Under the pieces are notes generated by a model, which searched no databases, was not told the DNA's origin, and saw nothing but the letters and a program-made list of their open reading frames with translations. The translations under genes were made by a program, and so were the position numbers. This document shows positions 9,937 to 21,344 of a stretch of DNA of 33,061 nt, piece after piece. The DNA is from Octopus bimaculoides (Eukaryota): positions 18,512,045 through 18,545,105 of the forward strand of contig NC_068987.1 of NCBI RefSeq assembly GCF_001194135.2. The letters are read 5' to 3'. How positions within the stretch are numbered: position 1 is the first letter of the stretch; every line of letters starts with the position of its first letter.

Positions 9937-9968
<32 letters not shown>

Positions 9969-10510
9969 GAACGGCTAATCGTTGCAAGAGGGCAGTTTTT
10001 TTTCAGCCGATAGTAGTTTGCGTACGAACAGATTAATTCTGATTAAACATGCTGTGACAAGACCAAAGATACCACACAGTTGTCAATCTTTTCAACAAAA
10101 GAAGAGAAATATGGGGATCTAGTTACAGATCTTCGTCGTTTTGAAAGCGCTTTGCGAATGATATACATTTCCCAAGTTCATGAATACTTAAGTGGGTCTA
10201 TAATGTTAGATTTGTAGAGATCTATAGATATCTAACCAATGTATTTATGGCATGGTAGTCACGAACTCTCCCGTCGTAGACGACAGATGAGGGTCCCGAA
10301 ATTTCTTGCTGGCTGACGTGCACAGAAGATATGTTTACAGTAATCAAATGTTTTCTTCACGGACACTACAAAGTCCTTATAAGGACATTAGGATTTACCA
10401 AGTGACAATTAACCGAGTATAGTATATTTTAACTAACTTGTGTTTCATCAACATTCCGTGTGGCTAACCAGCATTGATAACAGATAAGAGCGAACACGGT
10501 ATTCGCTAGG

Positions 10511-10544
<34 letters not shown>

Positions 10545-11146
10545 NNNNNNNNNNNNNNNNNNNNNNNNNNNNNNNNNNNNNNNNNNNNNNNNNNNNNNNN
10601 NNNNNNNNNNNNNNNNNNNNNNNNNNNNNNNNNNNNNNNNNNNNNNNNNNNNNNNNNNNNNNNNNNNNNNNNNNNNNNNNNNNNNNNNNNNNNNNNNNNN
10701 NNNNNNNNNNNNNNNNNNNNNNNNNNNNNNNNNNNNNNNNNNNNNNNNNNNNNNNNNNNNNNNNNNNNNNNNNNNNNNNNNNNNNNNNNNNNNNNNNNNN
10801 NNNNNNNNNNNNNNNNNNNNNNNNNNNNNNNNNNNNNNNNNNNNNNNNNNNNNNNNNNNNNNNNNNNNNNNNNNNNNNNNNNNNNNNNNNNNNNNNNNNN
10901 NNNNNNNNNNNNNNNNNNNNNNNNNNNNNNNNNNNNNNNNNNNNNNNNNNNNNNNNNNNNNNNNATAATTATTATTAGCAAAAGCATGGTACGTGCTTTT
11001 GCTGCTTCGTTAATTTATAAATACAGCCGGTTGTTAGACTTCGTGAATCTACTGATACGGACTAATAGCCACAGATACGGATCAACAGAGGACTGACCAA
11101 TGTATTACGTTATATATTACTTCCTATAGGAACGAAAGGACACGCT

Positions 11147-11210
11147 AGAGAGAGAGAGAGAGAGAGAGAGAGAAGGGGGAAGAGAGAGAGAGAGAGGGAG
11201 ACAGAGAGAA
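11147..11210. repeat. (GA)n microsatellite
   Basis: Seen directly. Confidence 0.95.
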
Positions 11211-11229
11211 AGAGGAAGCGGGGTTGAGG

Positions 11230-11510
11230 GAGGTAGCCAATGGTAATCCAGTTCCTTATATCCCAAAGATGGAAGGCGTGAGGTTTGTACAACAACTCAA
11301 ATGCCAAGACTCACAATCCGAATAAATTGGTAAAGATTTGAGTCGGTAAGTAATAGTACACAGTAGTCAACTACTAGTTTTAACCTTATTTGTCACAGCA
11401 CGGGTCTAGTGCCAAGATAAACAGAACGAGAATAAATGTCCTTTAACTAGGTTATCATGTCTGTAGTAACGCCGTGCGCATGCGTAGTCTCACGCATGCG
11501 TGGAATTCAA
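11230..11510. promoter_or_regulatory. Candidate regulatory region with two NRF-1-like sites and a CCAAT box
   Basis: AGCCAATGG (CCAAT 11237-11241); TGCGCATGCGT 11475-11485; palindromic ACGCATGCGT 11492-11501. Confidence 0.35.
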
Positions 11511-12149
11511 CAACCAAGCTTTCCCGCTTTGATCGATCTCTTTCTTGCTGGCCAGCGATTGAGCAAGGACGTGTCTAGCTGTCTCTCCATCTTTCGAACT
11601 CACGNNNNNNNNNNTCCCGCTTTGATCGATCTCTTTCTTGCTGGCCAGCGATTGAGCAAGGACGTGTCTAGCTGTCTCTCCATCTTTCGAACTCACGCTA
11701 GACAGCTCACATCAATATACCAACGTCCCAACAACCATGTTCTCACACACCGAAGACGTTTCAACAAACAAGATTAACGATGTATATTTTTCACCATGAA
11801 TAAATATTGTTTGTGTTGATAGTCTGGAGTTCAGCGTTCCGTTCAAATTCTTAATATAATATAGGAAAGTCAGGTGTACAACTAATGATGTATAACCCAC
11901 TTTCCTATATGTCCATTCTTGTACTAACGTTCTTACTGATTAAGCATTCGCTACTATGGCCATGTGAATTAAATAGTCCAGATTAGGGTATTGTATAAAT
12001 TAACTTGTGATGAAAGTTTTGACATCAAATAATAAATGTTTAAGTAAAGCTAAGCAGTTTTCAAGCGTTTTTGAATGGTTAAAATGAGTCTTCTCATCGG
12101 GAAATGAACTTAGAGCGCAATGAATCGGAACAAATATTGCTTGGCATTC

Positions 12150-12315
12150 TCATCCAACACTCTAACAGCCCTGCCACTTCGCCTCCTTGTAAGGATAAGG
12201 ACAGGCAGGAGTACGTTGGATAATATAGGCCTAGATACACTATGCCCTTTAAAGCAAAGGATGGAGTGGTCCCGCAGTAAGCTTGACATTGGCTATCAGT
12301 CTGTTGGATCCAGAG
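12150..12315 (+). mobile_element. Family F repeat, diverged fragment
   Basis: TTGGATAATATAGGCCTAGATACACTATG resembles the centre of family F copies at 18886 and 21849. Confidence 0.45.
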
Positions 12316-12329
12316 CTGGGAATAAACTG

Positions 12330-12359
12330 CTGCTACTACTAACACCACTATTACTACCA

Positions 12360-12390
<31 letters not shown>

Positions 12391-12587
12391 GCCACCACCA
12401 CCACCACCGCTACTACTACTACTGCCACCACCACCACTACTACTACTACTACTGCCACCACCACCACTACTACTACTACTACTACTGCTACTACTGCNNN
12501 NNNNNNNNNNNNNNNNNNNNNNNNNNNNNNNNNNNNNNNNNNNNNNNNACCACCACTACTACTACTACTACTGCTACTACTGCCACC

Positions 12588-12620
<33 letters not shown>

Positions 12621-12711
12621 GCTGCTGCTACTACTGCCACCACCACCACTAATACTACCACTCCTACAATCACAACTGCAACTACTACTACTACTACTAC
12701 TACTACTACTG

Positions 12712-12755
<44 letters not shown>
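12330..12755. repeat. Compound trinucleotide array (CTA/CCA/CTG)n with ~30-bp higher-order units; spans a gap
   Basis: Unit (TAC)4-5-TGC-(CAC)4-5 repeated three times at ~12365-12470; source of poly-Y/H/T/V/S ORFs. Confidence 0.95.
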
Positions 12756-12849
12756 GAGTGCGCTTACATCTATTTCTGCTGCCCATTTCACTTCGCTTAT
12801 ATACACGAAATGTTCTTCATTTGGATACGGTGACTGACGTCAAAACTCA

Positions 12850-13765
12850 TACTTGTCTTTCTCTTTACACAAGTTGATTATTTCGTTGATACAAAGCTTT
12901 CGTTGCCAAATGTCAGATAGTTGGCCTCTATTTAAAGCAACGGAATGTTGGTATGTAAATATTTATCCTGATATCAGTACTTCTCAGTGGCTCTTCAGCA
13001 TGGACACTAGTACAAGAGACTTGAAAAAGAAGTTTGATGGTAAATACATGAGATTGCTTCGTGTAGTTCTCAATCTTTCTAAGTAGACTCGTTAGCATGC
13101 CGGGCAAAATGCTGAGCGGCATTTCGTCCGTCTTTACGTTCTGAGTTTGAATTCCGCCAAGATCGACTTTACCTTTTATCCTTTCGGGGTTGACTTACCC
13201 TGTCCCCTGAAATTGCTGATCTTGTGCCCAAATTTGAAAGGCGGCGAGCAGGCAGAATCGTTAGCACGCCGGGCAAAATGCTTAGCGGCATTTCGTCTGT
13301 CTTTACGTTCTGAGTTTAAATTCCATCAAGGTCGACTTTGCCCTTCATCCTTTCGGAGTCGATAAAATAAGCACCAGTCGAGCACTGGGGTTGATGTAAT
13401 CGGCTTACCCCTGTCCCCTCGAAATTGTTAGCCTCGTGCCAAAATTTGAAATCTTTCTTAGCAGCAACTCCTGCAAAGCAGCGACTGTATGACAGTCTAC
13501 CTATCCTCACCCCGTAATCAGAGAAGAAAAAAAAAACACATTATGCAGGACACCGTTGGAGATGCAAGGATAAAATAACCAGCGATCGCCTTCTCTAGCT
13601 ATCCACACACCGGGACATACAAGTATCAGCAGACCAAGTAGAGCGTATATCGATCAACATATGGGATATAGTGGATATTAGGTTGGAGATATGAAGGGCT
13701 GTTATTGGACATTGGGATATCTCAAAGAGATAGCTAACTAGATCCCGTTAGTCAAGTGCGCGCAT
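12850..13765 (+). mobile_element. Decayed RTE-like LINE, 3' end of ORF2, interrupted by a SINE A dimer
   Basis: Translation: DLKKKFDGKYMRLLRVVLNLS (before SINE); TPAKQRLYDSLPILTP..HYAGHRWRCKDKITSDRLL*..GHTSISRPSRAYIDQH (after SINE). This matches the post-RT DG-x-YTRxLR / AGHxWR / GRP-xx-Y-I-DQ pattern I recall from RTE-clade ORF2. Confidence 0.7.
13087..13449 (+). mobile_element. SINE family A tandem dimer with one flanking TSD
   Basis: Unit 1 13087-13237 (5'-truncated, ~45-bp internal deletion); unit 2 13238-13449 full length; flanked by AATCTTTCTAAGTAG (13072-13086) and AATCTTTCTTAGCAG (13450-13464). Confidence 0.85.
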
Positions 13766-14308
13766 GCACACACAAACACACATACATAAGGTACAAGTAG
13801 GCAGTTAACTAGTGGAGTTTTTTTTCTTTTTGCTTGTCTGTGTATAAAATACCAAATTGTTCTGACATAACGCACTAAATATAGAATAAAACAGTATTAA
13901 TACTATTTACAATTGCAGGAAAGCTAACTATATATAGAGTATATAGAGAGAATATGAAGTATTATTTAATTTCCAAAAGCACTTTTCTGGTCACCCACAC
14001 AACTATTAAACAACAGCAATAACCACAACAACAATGAGAATAACATTACATTTAGTAAAAGTAACATCTGTAGTTGTTCCAGAACAATGGCTGAATCCAA
14101 AACTGACAACCAGACCTACATACGGTGTCATGTGATCATACGAATGTGTGCTAAACAAAGACACGTTAAGTAACCAACTAACCTCGAGTTAAATCTAAAT
14201 CGTTGCCCTATTGTCAACGAACATTGCAGATCTGTGGCAAAATTTAGGTGAGTCGAGTCTCCCGGTACAGTTTCGATTTCCATTAGGAAAGAAAGGTACG
14301 ATTTTAGT

Positions 14309-14514
14309 TACAAATTTTGGAACAAGGCCTGCGATTTGGGAGAAGGGGTGAGTCGATTACATCGGTCTCCAGTCCTTGACTGATACTTATTTTATCGACC
14401 CCGAAAGGATGAAAGGCGAAGTCGACGGAATTTGAACTCAGAACGTAAAGACAGACGAAATGCCGCTAAGCGTTTTTACCCAGCGTGCTAACGATTCTGC
14501 CATATCACCGCCTT
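14309..14514 (-). mobile_element. SINE family A, near full length
   Basis: Reverse complement AAGGCGGTGATATGGCAGAATCGTTAGCACGCTGGG...TTCTGAGTTCAAATTCCGTCGAC...TTCCAAAATTTG. Confidence 0.85.
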
Positions 14515-14660
14515 AAAGAAAAATATGTTTAAGGAAATAAAAATTAATTTGGTCAAAAGAGACCAACATCTTCCTTTATCCTTTGATTGATTTTATTCTT
14601 AACATTTACACCTGTCCAACAAATATATAATATCATATTTTATATATCCTTCCATATCCA

Positions 14661-14915
14661 TGGCCCACGTGTATGTTAAAAAAGCTCGTTTTGCAACCAC
14701 GCGGTTTCGGGTTCAGTCGCACTGCATGTGGAACCTTGAGCAAGTGTCTTCTACTATACCCTCGGGCTGATCAATGCCTTGAGTGAATTTGGTAGACAGA
14801 AACTGTGAGGAAGCCCGTCATGTGTGTGTGTGTGTGTAGGCGCGCGTATATGTGTAGTCTGTGTTTATGTTGTCTCCTTCTACGTATGACAACCGGTGTC
14901 TGTCTGGTTATGTCT
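14661..14915 (+). mobile_element. SINE family B, diverged, 3'-truncated
   Basis: GCAACCACGCGGTTTCGGGTTCAGTC..CCTTGAGCAAGTGTCTTCTACTATA..GAAGCCCGTC, then (TG)n, then TGACAACCGGTG. Confidence 0.75.
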
Positions 14916-15101
14916 TTGGTTCTGGCTTTGGGTAAAAGCAAATACAGGAAGATCTGTTAATTATGATTTTATTTTACATATTCTCCTCGCAGATTCACAC
15001 ACTTATTGCAGCAGTCCTTCAGTTTTTCTAAACCTGTAAAAGAACTCGAAAGGGAGGGCCTCTACCCAAGCCTTTCGCGACACCCTTTTCAGCACCTCCT
15101 C

Positions 15102-15140
<39 letters not shown>

Positions 15141-15160
15141 AGATAGATAGATAGATATTA
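15102..15160. repeat. (TA)n(GATA)n microsatellite
   Basis: Seen directly. Confidence 0.95.
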
Positions 15161-15569
15161 TATATCACATATTGTATTGTACTATAATAACATCACTACC
15201 TTCATTTCCATCGCAAGTAATACTTCTACTTATGTAAGCAAAACCATAACAAACTGTGGCACAAAATACTACCTAAAAGCCTCCAAAAGCACAATGGTAC
15301 CCCGTAAATATATAAAAGCTGAAACACTTCCAGAAAAGATCCGTAACCCAAAACGAACACTTCTGTGAGTCACATGTGAGCCATGGCCTATAACATGATT
15401 TCAGGTCTGAAGGAAACGGCCTATGCCCATTTTCGTCATCGCAGAGAAGCTTTGATGAGACTGTCAAAGAAAGAGAAAGAAAGAACCATTTTCATAAGCT
15501 TTTTGCAATGCCGCCTCCAATATTTGGAGAAAGTGAAAAAGGAACCACTAATAGCTTTATCTTCTGACT

Positions 15570-15673
15570 GGTTTCAAATTTTGGCACAGGGCCAGAAATT
15601 CCAGGGAAAGGGGTCGGTCGATTACGTACCAGTGCTCAACTGGTACTTAATTTATCCGAAAGGATGAAAGGCC
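15570..15673 (-). mobile_element. SINE family A 3' half
   Basis: TTTCAAATTTTGGCACAGGGCCAG..CCAGTGCTCAACTGGTACTTA..CGAAAGGATGAAAGGC is the reverse complement of the family A 3' half. Confidence 0.75.
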
Positions 15674-17007
15674 TGACCCAAATGCTTCCGCCAACAGAGT
15701 AAAGTTTAGCTAATAGCAAGTGCCTACCCTAGAGTCATGTGATGGTCTGAAACTAAAAGGCGGCGACTAAGTGAGTCTATTATGAAATTAGTGGCGTGGC
15801 TGGAGTATTTGCCGCCCGGGGAAGTTCTTGAGTTTGCACCCCATCCCTTCCCCTATACAAGCGCATACACTACACACAAACGTGTCGTTTCTCCTCCTTA
15901 GCTATGTTACTGCACCCGAAAAAAAATAATAAATCAGCGTTCATCCGGCAAACTTTCGCATAGTCCCCTTGTCTCATTCACATCGGTTTGGGTCGTCTAT
16001 AGACTATTTCAAATAGAATGCACTTAATACACTTGCGCACAGAAGTATGCGATTAAGGGTTAAACCTAGAGCCAGGCAATAGCAAAGAGAACATCTGAAC
16101 CACAAGGCGATGCATAGAGCCTTACTAGACTAGAGTTCCTCACTTCTGCCATCAGTTACGTATGGTCTGAGATCCGTAGGGTAAATAGTCGCCGAAACTA
16201 CGAAATTTGGTCCACAAGTTCAATTCATTGCCAAATGCTTTCATTTCATCTGTTTTTGTCAAAGATGTAGAAAAAATGAGCGTAACCAATGGCTTCGAAG
16301 ATAAGTGATTTCTGTCTCTGCCACGATGATATTGGAAGGGGACTGTCTAGCCCTTCGATCTGCTAAATATCACTAAAAAAATTAACTTCCTACCATCGTA
16401 AAGAACGAACGACAATGTATGTATGCGAATATATATATATATATATATATATATTCTACCTATGTATATATATCTTATCCCTATGTATGTATACAAATGC
16501 GTGTGTTCGTGTTTGGTTGAACAAACATGATAAATAGAGCTCAATACACACACACACACATTAACCAATAAAAAACTTGTTTAATAAGTAGTACGCACGA
16601 AACTTCTGGCCCTTGAGTCACTTTTATAACTTTCTGCCGATTAAAAATTATGCATGCATGTACGTGTGAACTATGGGCTACGTTTCTGAAAGTTTAGCGT
16701 TGCTTTTATGAAATCGATTTGGCAACCTTGTTAGAGAGTCTTTGACAGTGAACCAACGTTTCTTGGATTTATATACTACAACTGGCGATATAACTTATTA
16801 ATTTCAAGAAAGAGGCAACCAAGAAGAGACTGAGTGGAGTGAGATTTTCTCAAGAACATCCACAATACAAGCAATGTGAAACATGTTACTCATGAGAATG
16901 AATTGGAGTGGAAACCGTCCCGTAGATTCGCTTCTTTGCAGTGTTTCTTTCCTACAACTTCGTTATTATATACGAGAGAACAAATGAACGCTTACGTAGT
17001 TACACGG

Positions 17008-17065
17008 CTTACAAGAAATAGCAGCCAAATTCCTTCAAATACGTCCGACCGTCTTAAAAAAAAAA
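17008..17065 (+). mobile_element. Family F fragment
   Basis: AGAAATAGCAGCCAAATTCCTTCAAATAC..CCGTCTTAAAAAA matches the family F core. Confidence 0.5.
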
Positions 17066-17430
17066 TAGCAACAAAGAGTGCATTAGGCAATGAATTTTCT
17101 GAAAACTAAAACACGGTTGGAAGACTTGATTATAAGTTCCTTTAGGTGTTACACAATAAGTGTTCTTTTCGTGCATCTTCCAGAAATTGTGCTGTTCACA
17201 CCATTTGCGATTTTTTACGAAATACTTTCTAGTTTCATTAATGGTAGTTCTCGATATACAAACGACTCTTAATGTGTGGATGATTAAAGAAATAGTGAAT
17301 AAAGATTTGATTTGGACACGAAATAAGGTTGACAAACCTAGGGTTAAACAAGAATAACAACAATCACATAGGCATAATATAAAACGAGCTTTGGATTACA
17401 GGAAACGAGATTTAAAAAAAAAAAAACACT

Positions 17431-17855
17431 GCGTGATTGTGTGGTAAGAAGCTTGCTTCCCGACCATGTGGTCTTGGGTTCAGCTCTACTGCGCAGCATC
17501 TTGGGCAAAGTGTCTTCCACTGTAGCTCCAGGCCGACCAAAGCCTTGGGTGCGGATTTGGTAGACTGAAACTGAAAGCAGCTAGTCAAGCACGTGCATGT
17601 ATGTATATATAAGAAAGAGCGTGTGTGTTCGTTTGTCCCCCACCACTGCTTGACAACCGGTGTTGGTTTGTTTATGCTCCCATAACTTACCGGTTCAGCA
17701 AAAGGAGACCTTATGCTATCGTTCTATTTTTTTTTACCGAACTGCTAAGTACCAGGCTTCAAAAAATAAGTACTAGAGTTGGTTTGTTCGACTAAACCTT
17801 TCGAGACGGTGGCCCAGCATGGAAACGGTCCGAATGCTGAGACAAGTAAAAGATA
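17431..17855 (+). mobile_element. SINE family B, full length with tail 1 and an internal inverted duplication
   Basis: Head GATTGTGTGGTAAGAAGCTTGCTTCCCGACC; tail ends CCAGCATGG..GAGACAAGTAAAAGA; extra inverted segment at 17716-17750. Confidence 0.85.
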
Positions 17856-17924
17856 TTATCGTATAAGATGCATCGGTGACGTCACACAGACAAGGAATCG
17901 CCTGATGTTTACAGTATACTACAC

Positions 17925-18184
17925 CAATGCTTCTTAAACTGGTGGTCTGCGAGACATCAGGTGCCGGTACGCGGCGAGTTTCCAGAAAAGAAACATAAAA
18001 TGCTTATGAAATGCTTACGTAATATTGTATTATTTGTTTACAAAATAAATATACGATAAAATAAATTACCAACTTTTATTATATTCATTATACATATTGC
18101 TTCCGGAATAAATTAATATTACCGGTCCCTGGCACATGGGGGGGGGGGGACTGCCGGTACGCCACATCAGTTTGAGAAGCACTG
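17925..18184. mobile_element. 260-bp non-autonomous hAT (Charlie/Buster-type) MITE
   Basis: TIRs CAATGCTTCTTAAACTG vs reverse complement CAGTGCTTCTCAAACTG (15/17); 8-bp TSD TACTACAC (17917-17924) / TACTACAT (18185-18192); TGCCGGTACGC near both ends. Confidence 0.85.
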
Positions 18185-18461
18185 TACTACATGGCTGAAG
18201 AGCCACATTTTCTATCTGGAGTATAAAACGAAACCCGTCTTAGGTACCGACAGACGGTAATTTAGGGTTGTTGTTTCTTTTTATAAAATATTCGGAGAAA
18301 ATGTAAATGATGCTACATCACCGGTGTGTGTGTGTGTGTGTGTGTAATCTGTTCCATGTTCATGAGAGTGAAGTCAAGTGGTTCCAATTTGGTACGGAAA
18401 CGTTAACACCATTCTAAATCCGATGGTTGTTGCATTTCTTTTCATGATTAAATCGATTTCA

Positions 18462-18810
18462 TCTTGCTCTTTTGGTCACTAGACAGCAGCCATGCTGGAG
18501 CATCGCCTTGAAGAGTTTAGTTGATCAAATCCACTCCAGTGCTTATTCTGTTCTTGCACTTTTGACTGAACAGTTCTGTGCCATAGACGTAAGCACTCCA
18601 ACGCTGGTTGCCAGGTAGCAAAAAAGACACCAACACAAAGACGTACCAACAATATGCATACAACGGACTTCTGCCCATTTCTTGCCGATCAAATTCACCC
18701 ACAACGCATTGATCGGTCCGGGGCTATAGAAGATACCTTCTTGAGATTCTATGCTTTGGGACTGAACCTATACAATTACGAAACAAACTTCTTAAACCAC
18801 GGTCATACCT
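18462..18810 (-). mobile_element. SINE family B, old diverged copy
   Basis: GCCATGCTGGAGCATCGCCTTGAAG (tail 1, reverse complement) and CAAATTCACCCACAACGCATTGATCGGTCCGGGGCTATAG..GGGACTGAACC (head, reverse complement). Confidence 0.65.
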
Positions 18811-18885
18811 GTATCTGGAACTTATTTTATCGACAATAAAATGAAGTGGCCGTTCTCTCAAAGATTTATCCTTCACCTATGGGCA

Positions 18886-19088
18886 AACAAAGGAGCTTCT
18901 ACGTGGACACCCAATCTACTATAAATAACAACCAAATTTCCTCTCAAATCACATCTTATAGTCTTAGAAAGAGAAAAGACATATTAGATAACGTATTCGT
19001 GGGTGAACTATACTTGAAAAAAAATGTGATGGTCAAAGTTGGAATGCTTTTGATCATAGGTCTACTTATTCAGGACTGTTTTGGGTTG
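18886..19088 (+). mobile_element. Family F repeat, longest copy
   Basis: Aligns with 455-612 (reverse complement) and 21849-22045. Confidence 0.6.
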
Positions 19089-19090
19089 GG

Positions 19091-19349
19091 TCTGTCACGA
19101 GCCCTAGAACTCGTAAAGCGTTACCTGGTTTCCCTAGCGTGTAAGTGACTGAGATTATAACTTTCCACTCGTCAACGGGACGCCGGTTTGTCAAATGGTT
19201 GACTTCCCAGCTATTGGTGAATCTCATTTACAGTCGAATGAACCGAAGCAATGTGAAATGAAGTACTTTGCTTAACACACCGCACCATCCGGTTTTGAAA
19301 CCACGATCTTGCGATCGTGAGCGCAACACATTAACTATTAGGCCATGCG
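19091..19349 (-). mobile_element. tRNA-derived SINE family E, tail variant a
   Basis: GCAATGTGAAATGAAGTACTTTGCTTAACAC..GAAACCACGATCTTGCGATCGTGAG..AACTATTAGGCCATGCG is homologous to the head of the 19600-19928 copy; the distal part differs. Confidence 0.65.
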
Positions 19350-19599
19350 ATTTCCCTGCCAAGGATTAAAAAAAATCCCCATCGTTTTGTCTAAAATCTT
19401 AGCAGCCATTATTTATCACGATTATTTAACTGATCGAGCGGAATTTTCTCGTCAAACTAGATTGAATTTTTCTCAGATCTGACTGTTTGGTGCAAATTGT
19501 GGAGTTTGGAAGCAAAAACTTGGTTAGTACATCCGAAACCACGAAGTTTAGCAGTCAAGTAGAAAAAAAGCCATTGTCCCAAAACTTACAAGACCTGGT

Positions 19600-19928
19600 T
19601 AAAGGGTAAAGGCCCCGCCCCTTCGGTGATGACGGATCATGGGATTGCACCACCAAAGTTACCCTCCGAGGCATAAGTCTGGGCAAGGTTGTTTGGAAGA
19701 CCAGCAGTCACCTATGCATACCAGCCTGCCCTCTCCACGCTACCGACGTTACCCAACGGAAAGGCTGATACAGTTTGGTACCAGTGACGTCGTAACTCAC
19801 TTTTGCAGCTGAGTGAACTGGAGCAACGTGAAATAAAGTGTCTTGCTCAAGAACACAACCCGGTCCAGGAAACGAACTCACATGATTGTGAAACCCGATG
19901 TTCTAACCACTAAGCTAAGCACCTTCAC
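19600..19928 (-). mobile_element. tRNA-derived SINE family E, tail variant b, near full length
   Basis: Reverse complement starts GTGAAGGTGCTTAGCTTAGTGGTTAG (A-box TAGCTTAGTGG), GAGTTCGTTTCC B-box-like, GTGTTCTTGAGCAAGACACTT core, and ends in a TTTACCCTTT repeat. Confidence 0.75.
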
Positions 19929-20384
19929 AAGACATGGAAGGCATTAGCAAAACACAGTGCAAAAGAAACGAAAGAGACATGAAATTCTTCATGTCCATCT
20001 CTAAAAATCAATATTTAACAGAGAACCACATCCAATAGAACACTCCGTCTTTCGTTCACGAACTAACTTAATAAAAGGAAAGACGATGCTGCGAAGTTCA
20101 GGAGTTTGGATTAAGTGTTTATGAAGAAGAATCAAACTCAATTGAAAGATCTAACCTATCAGATGCAGTCCAAAACTCTTGAACTTAGTATAAATTTTAA
20201 CAAGAACATCCAGAGAGCGAAAACCTCTGCCAAGGTAACACCAACGTCCTCTCAACGATTAGCCAGAGATGATTTTAAAATGAGAATATCTAAAATAAAT
20301 TCAACTGCTCACACAAACGAGAATACTAAAAAAAAAAAAAAAATCAACCTGACCGCTCTCAAAAATTAAGAAAACAGGAAAAAT

Positions 20385-20485
20385 ACTCTAGAATCCTTGT
20401 CCGGAATCAGATTGATCCCCAAATCTAGTCAATTCGTGCCAGTCCCCAGGCCAAACATCTCTGAAAGTTTCATCGGAATCCATCA
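20385..20485. repeat. Probable interspersed repeat fragment running into a gap (unclassified)
   Basis: AATCCTTGTCCGGAATCAGATTGATCCCCAAATCTAGTCAATTCGTGCCAGTC..CTGAAAGTTTCATCGGAATCCATC resembles AAATTTCATC..AATCC-type invertebrate repeats; single copy in this window. Confidence 0.35.
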
Positions 20486-21134
20486 NNNNNNNNNNNNNNN
20501 NNNNNNNNNNNNNNNNNNNNNNNNNNNNNNNNNNNNNNNNNNNNNNNNNNNNNNNNNNNNNNNNNNNNNNNNNNNNNNNNNNNNNNNNNNNNNNNNNNNN
20601 NNNNNNNNNNNNNNNNNNNNNNNNNNNNNNNNNNNNNNNNNNNNNNNNNNNNNNNNNNNNNNNNNNNNNNNNNNNNNNNNNNNNNNNNNNNNNNNNNNNN
20701 NNNNNNNNNNNNNNNNNNNNNNNNNNNNNNNNNNNNNNNNNNNNNNNNNNNNNNNNNNNNNNNNNNNNNNNNNNNNNNNNNNNNNNNNNNNNNNNNNNNN
20801 NNNNNNNNNNNNNNNNNNNNNNNNNNNNNNNNNNNNNNNNNNNNNNNNNNNNNNNNNNNNNNNNNNNNNNNNNNNNNNNNNNNNNNNNNNNNNNNNNNNN
20901 NNNNNNNNNNNNNNNNNNNNNNNNNNNNNNNNNNNNNNNNNNNNNNNNNNNNNNNNNNNNNNNNNNNNNNNNNNNNNNNNNNNNNNNNNNNNNNNNNNNN
21001 NNNNNNNNNNNNNNNNNNNNNNNNNNNNNNNNNNNNNNNNNNNNNNNNNNNNNNNNNNNNNNNNNNNNNNNNNNNNNNNNNNNNNNNNNNNNNNNNNNNN
21101 NNNTTCAAGGAAGATAAAAATTTTTAAATTACAT

Positions 21135-21308
21135 AGGCCCAGGAGTGGTTGTGTGGTAAGAAACTTGCTTCCCAACCACATGGTTCTAGGTTCAGATCCA
21201 GTGTGTGACACCTTGGGCAAGTGTTTTCTGCTACAGACTCAGGCCAACCAAAGCCTTGCGAGTGGATTTTGTAGACAGAAACTGAAAGAAGCCCGTCGTG
21301 TATGTGTG

Positions 21309-21344
<36 letters not shown>

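Noticed and set aside
10275-10310. CAGATGAGGGTCCCGAAATTTC as a second hammerhead
   Set aside because: Core U4 is A, stem III is not a proper palindrome and no stem I pairing was found
11522-11697. 83-bp perfect tandem duplication (also duplicates the ORF-track peptide)
   Set aside because: Copies are identical and separated only by a 10-N gap; assembly artefact
12094-12833. Poly-Y/H/T, poly-S and poly-V ORFs
   Set aside because: Trinucleotide array is open in several frames on both strands; no splice or homology support
20000-20370. Possible LINE ORF2 remnant
   Set aside because: No recognisable RT, endonuclease or C-terminal motif on manual translation
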